From an uncultured Polyangiaceae bacterium (GTDB taxonomy: Bacteria > Myxococcota_A > Polyangia > Polyangiales > Houyiibacteriaceae), in assembly GCA_964195565.1 (NCBI GenBank), contig CAXMRN010000075.1, positions 671 to 64,670 of the forward strand: a DNA stretch of 64,000 nt, read 5' to 3'. This document shows, piece after piece, positions 56,946 to 64,000 of the stretch; position 1 is the stretch's first letter; each line of letters starts with the position of its first letter. The translations under genes and the position numbers were made by a program. The notes under the pieces are model-generated. The model had not been told where the DNA came from, did no database searches, and worked only from the letters and a program-made list of their open reading frames with translations.

Positions 56946-57186
56946 TTCCTAGAGGACTCTGTCTGTTTATCCACCGCGTTAGATCTCTAAATTTAAAAAT
57001 TAGTCGTCGTCTTAACAGCTGTGAATTGTGAATGAAGCAACGCAACCATTTGAAAGAACTAAGTTATACGCGATTTTGCCGTGGGTGAAGGATCCTGGGT
57101 CGAATGGGGATAGCTCGCGCTGCCTATGTTCCCAAGGGTCATTCCCCAGGTTGATCGCAGCTTGAGCACAGGCGATGGTATACACC
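56946..57186. other. oriC: Candidate oriC module in the dnaA-dnaN intergenic region (DnaA-box-like 9-mers plus AT-rich unwinding element)
   Basis: ttatccacc at 56967-56975 (8/9 to TTATCCACA). The AT-rich run ctctaaatttaaaaattagtc (about 56985-57005) is striking in this GC-rich genome. tgtgaat is directly repeated (57020-57034), and tggggatag at 57105-57113 matches 7/9 in reverse orientation. Confidence 0.5.
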
Positions 57187-57226
57187 AAAAGCGTGTGGAA
57201 GGCCCGGCTCGCCGAGACCTTCCACA
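57187..57226 (-). terminator. Rho-independent-like terminator of dnaA
   Basis: The minus strand reads TGTGGAAGG-N15-CCTTCCACA (perfect 9-bp arms with inner CGGC/GCCG pairing), followed by CGCTTTTGG. It lies 32 nt after the dnaA stop. Confidence 0.5.
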
Positions 57227-57257
57227 CAGCCCCCGTGAGGCGAAAATTGCGGGGTCA

Positions 57258-58616
57258 TTAGACGCCGAGCTTGCGCTCGATGGCACCCACCGCACCGAGT
57301 ACGCGTTCGTCCTGGTCTTCGATCAGGCCGCTGATCTTCCGGACCGCGCTGATGACCGTCGTGTGGTCTTTGCCGCCAAATCGCTCTCCTAGCTCGGGGT
57401 AGCTGGTTCCGAGCCGCTGCCGGCATATGTACATCGCGATCATCCGAGGGAAGCTCACCGCGCGGTGGCGACGGCGCGACTTCAGATCGGCCAAGCGGAT
57501 GCCGAAGTAGCCGCAGGCCATGCGCTGGATGTCTTCGACGCTGGTCTCGGTGTCCTGGTTGGGGACGATGGCTCGCATCGTCTCCTTGGCGAGCTCGAGG
57601 TCCATCGGCAAGCCCAGTAGCTCGGCCTTCACAGCGATTCGCAGGAGGGTACCTTCGAGCTCCCGGACGTTGCTACGGACCGTTTGCGCCAAATAGAGGG
57701 CGACTTCGCCCTGGAGCTCGATCCCTTCGTTCTCCGCTTTCTGCTGCAAGATGGCGATACGGGTGTCGAGCTCCGGCGCTTGGACGTCGGCAACCATTCC
57801 GGACTGAAAGCGGCTGACCAGACGTTCCTGCATCTCCGCCATCTGATGCGGGTAGACATCGGACGTGACGACGATCTGCTTGTCGGAGTGATAGAGGGCG
57901 TTGAACGTGTGGAAAAACTCCTCTTGAGTCTGCTCACGCCCCGCGAGGAACTGGATGTCGTCCATCAACAAGACATCGCATTGTGTCCGGTACCGCTCGC
58001 GGAACGTATTGATCTGGTGGTTCTGCAACGACCAGATGAACTCGTTGGTGAACTGTTCCGCCGAGAGGTAGAGAATCCGCGACCGAGGATTCCGCTGCAT
58101 GATCGCGTGGCCGATCGCGTTGACCAGATGGGTCTTGCCGAGGCCCACGCCCCCGTAAATGAAGAGGGGATTGTACCGACTGCCCGGATCGGACCCGCAA
58201 GCGACGCTGGCGGCATGCGCGAGCTGGTTGGCAGGGCCAACGACGAAGTTCTTGAAACGGTACTTGGGATTGAGATCGGCGTTCTCCGGAGCCTTTGGCG
58301 TCGCGCGGGGCGCTCGTGGCGCGGGCGGCGGGGTGGACTCTCGGGCGGCGTGTGCCTTGTCGCGAAGCGTCTCATCGAGCTCCCAACGAACCTTCTTGGG
58401 CAAAGGCGTCTCGCCCGCTGTGGTCTGCAGAGCGTCGAGGATCATGTCGAGGTAGTGCGCCGCGATCCACTCTGCGAAGAACTGATTCGGAATGCGCAGA
58501 ACGATTGAATCGTTCTCGATGCCCCCGAACTGGACGGGTCGCAGCCACGTTTCGAAGTTCTCGTTGGAGAGGTGTCCCTTTAGACTCCCGAGCGTCTGTT
58601 CCCACAAATGTTCCAT
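57258..58616 (-). CDS. dnaA: Chromosomal replication initiator DnaA
   Basis: 'NPLFIYGGVGLGKTHL' AAA+ motif, 'DDIQFL', and C-terminal HTH 'GGKDHTTV..A..KI'. ATG 58616 (MEHLWEQ) is preferred over the track start. Confidence 0.95.
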   Translation of the reverse strand: MEHLWEQTLGSLKGHLSNENFETWLRPVQFGGIENDSIVLRIPNQFFAEWIAAHYLDMILDALQTTAGETPLPKKVRWELDETLRDKAHAARESTPPPAPRAPRATPKAPENADLNPKYRFKNFVVGPANQLAHAASVACGSDPGSRYNPLFIYGGVGLGKTHLVNAIGHAIMQRNPRSRILYLSAEQFTNEFIWSLQNHQINTFRERYRTQCDVLLMDDIQFLAGREQTQEEFFHTFNALYHSDKQIVVTSDVYPHQMAEMQERLVSRFQSGMVADVQAPELDTRIAILQQKAENEGIELQGEVALYLAQTVRSNVRELEGTLLRIAVKAELLGLPMDLELAKETMRAIVPNQDTETSVEDIQRMACGYFGIRLADLKSRRRHRAVSFPRMIAMYICRQRLGTSYPELGERFGGKDHTTVISAVRKISGLIEDQDERVLGAVGAIERKLGV

Positions 58617-59187
58617 CGTCTCCTTACCCCCGAAAAACCTACAGTTCAGCACCTACGTCCCCAAGCTATCCACATCTAGCCTGGGCCGAGTAATCGGTAT
58701 ACCAACCACCAACATCCACCGACTCTGGCGACCGCCGACTGGTGTCCTTCGAGTGAAGGGCGCCGAAACTAGCAGCGAGTTTCAGAACCGTCTACGGGGA
58801 TCGACAAACAAATTTCTAACCGCCTGTGATCGCAAAAGATTCACACGCAGTTTTTTTGACAGCGACCCGCACTTGTTTACGCGTTGTTTCTTCGCTGTCG
58901 ACAAACCGTTGTGATCATTCCGAATTACGTCTTGTTATCGTTTGCGCAACATTAAGCGCGTCGCTGCTCCCATTTCGTCCACAGGTGTTGTTAGTTTTTC
59001 AGTGCGTTGATCGCTCGCGAACTCTACGAATCGCGCACTTGCTTCACAACTTATCCACCGACAACCCACGTTGTTTCCATCGCATTTCGTCACCTTGGTT
59101 CACCTTTCCGCACTCCCCGCATACCCAACGAAGACGACAATTTGGAAGGGCGATCCATCGCTGTTAGCTTCCCCGGGAGTATTACCC
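58617..59187. other. 571-bp non-coding, lower-GC region upstream of dnaA with DnaA-box-like sites (second oriC/dnaA-promoter candidate)
   Basis: ctatccaca 58666-58674 (8/9), tcgtccaca 58975-58983 (7/9), ttatccacc 59051-59059 (8/9), and recurrent TTGTTT/CGACAAAC strings. The only ORF here (58826-59167) has no protein-like features. Confidence 0.45.
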
Positions 59188-60135
59188 ATGGGGGGAACAC
59201 GAGCGTTATGGGCGACGGCGATTGTCGGTCTCCTCATTGCATTGTGCCCGGCGCGAGTCGCCTGGGCGCAGCAGGCACCGTCTGGCGTCGGCGGCGTAGC
59301 GACTCCCGACCTCGTACCCACTGAGGACACGCTCGACACGACCTATGGGTTGGCGATGGGTGCCGGCGCGCGAGCGGGAGCCGTCGGAGTCTCCGCGCTC
59401 GCGTACAACACGTCCAACATGGCCGCGGTCTCGACCTACGACGTCGAGGCGTTCTCCCAGCTCATTCCCGGAAGTAAAAGCAACGGCGGGACGTACTGGA
59501 CCATCGGCAGCTCGATCAGCGATTCCACGACCAGCAAGAAGATCGCGATGGGCACTAGCTTCCGCGGCGTGTTTTCAGGGGAGAACAGGCGGTACAGCGG
59601 TTGGGACTGGCGGTCGGGCATTGGGATTCAAGCCATCCCTCAGCTCGGCATCGGGGTTGGGTTCCGCTGGGCCAAGCTCAAGGCCGATCGTTTCGAAGGA
59701 CAGCGCCTCGGGCCCTCGTTCGAGGGCATCACGATGGACGCGTCGCTCACAGTGACGCCGATTCCCTGGCTCCGTGTTTCCGGTCTTGGCTACAACCTGA
59801 TCAAGACGCACTCCGCGCTCGCGCCGCAGATGGCCGGGGGTAGCGTGAGCCTTGCGCCTGTGGAGAGTTTCAGCTTTGGCGGCGACATGCTCTTCGACTT
59901 TACGACGTTCCGGAAGACCGAGCTGATTGCAGGGGCGGGCATCAGCTACATCGCGGGGGAGATGGTGCCGCTTCGCTTCGGGTACCGACGCGATCAAGGC
60001 CGCAATCTCAACCAGCTCACTGCCGGCGCAGGGTTCACCAAAGGGAAGGTGGGGGCGGAAGTCGCGCTGCGGCAGGACATCGGGGGTCGCAAAGAGACCT
60101 ACCTCCTCATGATGTTCCGCTTCGTCGTGCAGTAG
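59188..60135 (+). CDS. Hypothetical outer-membrane beta-barrel-like protein
   Basis: Signal peptide 'LLIALCPARVAWAQQ', a Gly/Ser-rich alternating pattern, and C-terminus 'YLLMMFRFVVQ'. Confidence 0.45.
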   Translation: MGGTRALWATAIVGLLIALCPARVAWAQQAPSGVGGVATPDLVPTEDTLDTTYGLAMGAGARAGAVGVSALAYNTSNMAAVSTYDVEAFSQLIPGSKSNGGTYWTIGSSISDSTTSKKIAMGTSFRGVFSGENRRYSGWDWRSGIGIQAIPQLGIGVGFRWAKLKADRFEGQRLGPSFEGITMDASLTVTPIPWLRVSGLGYNLIKTHSALAPQMAGGSVSLAPVESFSFGGDMLFDFTTFRKTELIAGAGISYIAGEMVPLRFGYRRDQGRNLNQLTAGAGFTKGKVGAEVALRQDIGGRKETYLLMMFRFVVQ

Positions 60136-60137
60136 CG

Positions 60138-60941
60138 CTACTTCTTGCCGCTTCTACCTCGGGTCATCCCGAAGTGAACCACGCCGGGCATATGACGCCC
60201 CGCGAAGGCGCCGACCCTGCCGTGCCCCGTGAACGTGTACTCGCGCTTTCGCTTCGCGATCGCGTCCACCATCACGCGCGCGGCTCGGTCCGTCGGCCAC
60301 ATGAGGTTCTTCGGACGTCCGTCCTTGCGCGACGCGTCGTACCGGCCTTGGTTGTCCACCTTGGCAATCTCGCTTTCGATGTAGCCGGGGTGGATCGTCG
60401 TGCAGGTCACGCCGCTACCGTGAAGCTCGACGGCCAGCACTTGGCCGATGGCTCGCACCGCATACTTCGATGCGGAGTAGGCGCCGACTCCCGGCGTCGA
60501 AAGCATCGCGGTGACGCTGCCAACGAGGGCCAGGCGTCCCTTGCGTTCGCGCAGGTGGGGGATGGCGTAGCGCGCTGTCATGGCGGCGCCGATCACGTTG
60601 ACGTCGAGCTGGCGCCGCCAGTCTGCCGCGGAAAGCTTTTCGATGCGGCCTGCAACCGAAAACCCGGCGTTGGCGACCGCTACGTCGAGACCGCCGAACG
60701 TCCGCACGACCTTCTGCACGGCTTCGGCGACCGATGCCTCGTCGGTGACGTCGCACCGAACGGCGAGCCCCTTGGCGCCGCGCTCCTCGAGCTCTTTCAC
60801 CACTTCTTGGAGCCGGTCCTCACGTCGTCCGGACACCGCCACCGCGGCGCCCTCCTCCGCGAAACGAAGGGCGAGCGCTTGCCCGATCCCGCTGCCGCCG
60901 CCGGTGATCCACACGACCTGGTTGTCGAAACGCTTGGCCAT
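60138..60941 (-). CDS. Short-chain dehydrogenase/reductase (SDR) family oxidoreductase
   Basis: 'VWITGGGSGIGQA' and the 'YSASKYAV' catalytic tetrad motif. ATG 60941 is preferred. Confidence 0.85.
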   Translation of the reverse strand: MAKRFDNQVVWITGGGSGIGQALALRFAEEGAAVAVSGRREDRLQEVVKELEERGAKGLAVRCDVTDEASVAEAVQKVVRTFGGLDVAVANAGFSVAGRIEKLSAADWRRQLDVNVIGAAMTARYAIPHLRERKGRLALVGSVTAMLSTPGVGAYSASKYAVRAIGQVLAVELHGSGVTCTTIHPGYIESEIAKVDNQGRYDASRKDGRPKNLMWPTDRAARVMVDAIAKRKREYTFTGHGRVGAFAGRHMPGVVHFGMTRGRSGKK

Positions 60942-60990
60942 CAACTGCGCGTAGCAGCTCACCGAGCGGGCTGCCACGGCCCGACTACGG

Positions 60991-63900
60991 CTACTCGGCC
61001 GTGTTCTCGGTCGGTTCGTCCACCGCGGCGGCGCCCGGGTCTGTGGCCCACCGCTTCAGGGGCGCAAACCTCTTGCTGACCCGCGTCGCCAGGTCGACGT
61101 CGAGCCGATACAGGCACGGAACCACCAATAGTGTAAGCAGCGTCGAAAACGTTAGCCCGTACACGATTACCTGTGCCATCGGCGCGAGGTGGGGCAGACT
61201 TTCCGTGGCAAGCGACAACGGGAAAAGCCCCGCGATCGTGGTGACACTCGTCAAGAAGATCGGCCTCAGGCGGAGCATCCCGGACTCGACGATCGCGTCG
61301 TCGAGCGCCATCCCGCGATCGCGCCGCTTGTTGATGAAATCGACGAGAACCAGCGAGTCGTTGACGACGATCCCGGTGAGCCCGACCACCCCAACGAGCG
61401 CGATCAACCCAATCGCTTTGGGGCTCAGGAGAAAACCGCCGGTCACTCCGATGAACGACAGAGGGATTGCGGCCATCACCACGAGCGGTTGCGAGAAGCT
61501 CTGAAACTGGGTCGCCAGGATCGTATAGATCAGCAACATGGCGACGATGAAAGCTCGAAACAACGAGTCGACCGACTCTTGAGTCTCCTCGAACTGCCCC
61601 CCGTACTCGAAGCGAATGTCGGGGTTTGCAGCCTCGAGCGGCGCAAGCCGCTCTTGGAGGACCGAGTTGACCTTCCCGCTGTTGGTCACTTCTTCATCGA
61701 TGCCGGACAGAACGCTAACCACGCGCTTTTGCTGGTAGCGACGAATCACGCCGGGGCCACGCCCATGCGACACCTCGGCGATTTCGCGGATTGCCACCTC
61801 ATCGCCATTGGGCGCGATCAGTTGCAAGGACGCGATACGAGCCGGGTCCTGTTGCACCTCCTCCTGGAGCTGCACGACGATGTCGATCTCGTCATCTCCT
61901 TCACGGAGCGTCGAGGCGGGCGTCGCCCCGAAGGCGCTCCTCAGCCACCTGCTGACCATATCTGGCGTGAACCCGTGAAGCGCCGCGCGCTCCTCGTCGA
62001 CTTTGATTTGGAGCTCCTGCTTCCCGAGCTCGTAGTCGTGGTTCGAGTTGCGCGTTCCCGGTGTCACTCGGACCTCTGCGAGGACCTGTTCGGCGAGGTC
62101 GACCAGGCGTTCGTAGTCTTCGCCGCGAATGCGCACCGCGACGGGCGCGCCCCGCGGCGGGCCGGGCCTCACCTCGACCACCTCGAGCCGTGCAGGTCCG
62201 ACCACGTCGTCATAGAGCCCGCTCACCTCGGTCACTAAGTCGCGACCGGCGTGAAGACTGCTTCGCTCGGTGGCTGGAACGACAAAGACGGTGACCATCC
62301 CCATGTGATCGCCCGAGCTGATGCCCATGTCGGTTCTCGCCATGCCTCGCACGGCGAGGGTCGCCTCGACGTCCGGGTTGTCGAGCGCGACGATTCGCGC
62401 CTCGAGCTTCGCTAGAAGGGCTTCGGTCTCCTCCTTGGAGGCGTCGGTGGGCATGCGAACGCGCACGTCGAACATGTCGGGGTCGCCCTCCGTGAACAGA
62501 ATCACGTCTTTGGCCGAGAACGCGAAGGCGACCATCACGCCACACAAACCGTACGCGCCGAACACGACGGTCGCCCGGTGCTGAAGCGACCAGCGCAAGA
62601 GCCGCTCGTAGGTCGACACGACCCGGGCGCTCGCCCGCTGCAGGCGGGTCTTCGGCGGCATCGTGGCATCACGCTTCAAGTGCGAGAGCTTGCCGAAATC
62701 GGCCATGTGGCTCGGCAGAATGAACATCGCCTCGACGAGCGACGCCGCGAGTGACGCGACGACGACCTTCGGGATGATCGCGAAGAAATTCCCGAGCACG
62801 CCCTCCATGAGAAGGAGCGGCAAAAACGCCGCCCAACTGGTGAGCGTCGAAGCGACGACTGGCCAAAACACCTCGTTCGTGCCGACCACTGCAGCCCTTC
62901 GCCGAGGCATCCCCTCTTCCATGTGCCGATAGATGTTCTCGATGATGATGATCGCGTCGTCGACCACGACGCCCAGGCACAAGATCAACGCGAGGAGGGA
63001 CATCATGTTGATCGTGATACCCATCATGTGCATCGCGATGATCGCACCCGCGAGGGCCACAGGGAGCCCGATCGCCGCCATCATCGCGTTGCGGGCGCCG
63101 ATCGCGACCCAGAGAAGAAGCAGCACGAGCAAAAGTCCGGCCGCGGCGTTCGCGTACAGGGTGCCGAGGGAGTGCTCCACCTCGGCCGCCGCGTCACCAA
63201 ACAAGTCGATCGTGACACCGGGTGGAAGCGTCGGTTGCAGCCGGTCGACGAGCGCACGCACGTCCTCGCTGATGCGCACGCTGTCGGCTTGCTCGTCCTT
63301 TCGCACCGTGAGCACGATGGCGGGGTCGCCGTTGACGCGTCCGCTGAACTTGCCGGCTGCAAATGTATCCCTCACGTCCGCGACATCTCCGACGCGGACC
63401 GAGCCTCCGTCGGCGTCAGGCCGAATCACGACGCGGCTCAGCTCCTCCACGTCGTTGACACGCGTCATCCCTCGAACGAGGCGTGCATCGCCTTCGCCCT
63501 TGGTGGTCCCGGCCGGCACGTTGGCCGCCCGAAACCGCAGCGAATCGGTGACTTCGGTCAGCGAGAGCCGGTAGGCTGCAAGCCGATCCGGATCGACATC
63601 CACCCGGAATTCCCGATCTCGAATGCCGTTGCGCCACGTGCCGGACACGCCAGGCAGCCGTTCGATCCGGTCGGCCATGTCCTTGCCAACCTGGCGGAGC
63701 ACGACCTCGGGGACCTCGCCACGGATCGCGACTGCGAGCGTCGGGAAGTCGACCTTCACTTCCCGGACGACCGGGCGCTCCGCGTCGAGTGGTAGGTCGT
63801 CGATGCGATTGATCTCGTTCGAGACCTCCATCATCGCACTGGTGATGTCCTCGACGTCGGCATCGAAATGGAAGCTCACGTAGGAGACGCCTTCCTTCGA

Positions 63901-64000
63901 TGAGCTCCAGATCTCTTCGACCTTGTCGACGTCACCGACGGCGTTCTCAATCGGGACGGTGACCAGCTGTTCGATCTCCTCCGGAGATGCGCCGACGTAC
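60991..64000 (-). CDS. RND (AcrB/HAE1-like) efflux transporter, 5' end beyond the window
   Basis: About 1000 aa visible with 12-TM RND topology. The frame stays open through nt 64000 (upstream residues ...GASPEEIEQLVTVPIENAVGDVDKVEEIWSSSKEGVSY precede the track start). Confidence 0.9.
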   Translation of the reverse strand, partial: YVGASPEEIEQLVTVPIENAVGDVDKVEEIWSSSKEGVSYVSFHFDADVEDITSAMMEVSNEINRIDDLPLDAERPVVREVKVDFPTLAVAIRGEVPEVVLRQVGKDMADRIERLPGVSGTWRNGIRDREFRVDVDPDRLAAYRLSLTEVTDSLRFRAANVPAGTTKGEGDARLVRGMTRVNDVEELSRVVIRPDADGGSVRVGDVADVRDTFAAGKFSGRVNGDPAIVLTVRKDEQADSVRISEDVRALVDRLQPTLPPGVTIDLFGDAAAEVEHSLGTLYANAAAGLLLVLLLLWVAIGARNAMMAAIGLPVALAGAIIAMHMMGITINMMSLLALILCLGVVVDDAIIIIENIYRHMEEGMPRRRAAVVGTNEVFWPVVASTLTSWAAFLPLLLMEGVLGNFFAIIPKVVVASLAASLVEAMFILPSHMADFGKLSHLKRDATMPPKTRLQRASARVVSTYERLLRWSLQHRATVVFGAYGLCGVMVAFAFSAKDVILFTEGDPDMFDVRVRMPTDASKEETEALLAKLEARIVALDNPDVEATLAVRGMARTDMGISSGDHMGMVTVFVVPATERSSLHAGRDLVTEVSGLYDDVVGPARLEVVEVRPGPPRGAPVAVRIRGEDYERLVDLAEQVLAEVRVTPGTRNSNHDYELGKQELQIKVDEERAALHGFTPDMVSRWLRSAFGATPASTLREGDDEIDIVVQLQEEVQQDPARIASLQLIAPNGDEVAIREIAEVSHGRGPGVIRRYQQKRVVSVLSGIDEEVTNSGKVNSVLQERLAPLEAANPDIRFEYGGQFEETQESVDSLFRAFIVAMLLIYTILATQFQSFSQPLVVMAAIPLSFIGVTGGFLLSPKAIGLIALVGVVGLTGIVVNDSLVLVDFINKRRDRGMALDDAIVESGMLRLRPIFLTSVTTIAGLFPLSLATESLPHLAPMAQVIVYGLTFSTLLTLLVVPCLYRLDVDLATRVSKRFAPLKRWATDPGAAAVDEPTENTAE

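Noticed and set aside
55635-58508. Plus-strand ORFs 55635-56522 (295 aa) and 57684-58508 (274 aa)
   Set aside because: They are antisense to dnaN and dnaA respectively, with no recognisable motifs.
58826-59167. 113-aa ORF in the region upstream of dnaA (looked for rpmH or another small gene here)
   Set aside because: There is no L34-like basic sequence (MKRTFQP...), no RBS, and the composition is unlike a protein. The region is better explained as non-coding origin/promoter DNA.
60174-63795. Plus-strand ORFs 60174-61079, 61189-62238 and 62923-63795
   Set aside because: They are antisense to the SDR and RND transporter genes, with Arg/Asp/His-rich compositions. The RND frame is continuous and motif-rich.

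Overview
This is a high-GC chromosomal segment with dense coding. Long arginine/proline-rich antisense shadow ORFs are common, which is typical of about two-thirds G+C DNA. The gene content points to Myxococcota/Deltaproteobacteria, but that is an inference: a DUF4388-like protein, a Myxococcus-type LexA box, and many TPR proteins and lipoproteins. The window covers the replication-origin neighbourhood. It has dnaA-dnaN-recF on the minus strand, an AT-rich island with DnaA-box-like 9-mers, and two parS centromere sites about 16 kb away. Other recognisable blocks are listed here. (1) An imuA-imuB-dnaE2 SOS mutagenesis cassette with a LexA-box-like site. (2) An sdhC-A-B operon. (3) aguA-aguB-thiE. 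(4) A five-gene envelope operon: DUF4388-like protein, single-POTRA Omp85, secreted protein, NtrY-like kinase and TlpA. (5) gdhA. (6) A roughly 12 kb co-directional [NiFe] uptake hydrogenase plus hyp maturation operon (hupSLCD, cytochrome c, hypFCDE, crotonase, hypAB, Ni transporter). (7) cdsA-uppS. (8) bioFD. (9) tRNA-Ala, serC and uvrB. (10) A secreted protein/DUF4266/DUF3570 trio. (11) dnaJ, a cyclophilin, and a 5'-truncated RND pump. I saw no rRNA, CRISPR array, transposase or integrase. The most unusual items are these. A signal-peptide-bearing FAM20/Golgi-kinase-like protein. Several non-canonical features of the hydrogenase operon: CxxC changed to CxxN at the proximal-cluster motif of the small subunit, an embedded c-type cytochrome, and a stand-alone crotonase between hypE and hypA. 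The orphan-kinase/Omp85 operon. All functional calls come from reading motifs by eye in the translations; no database search was run.
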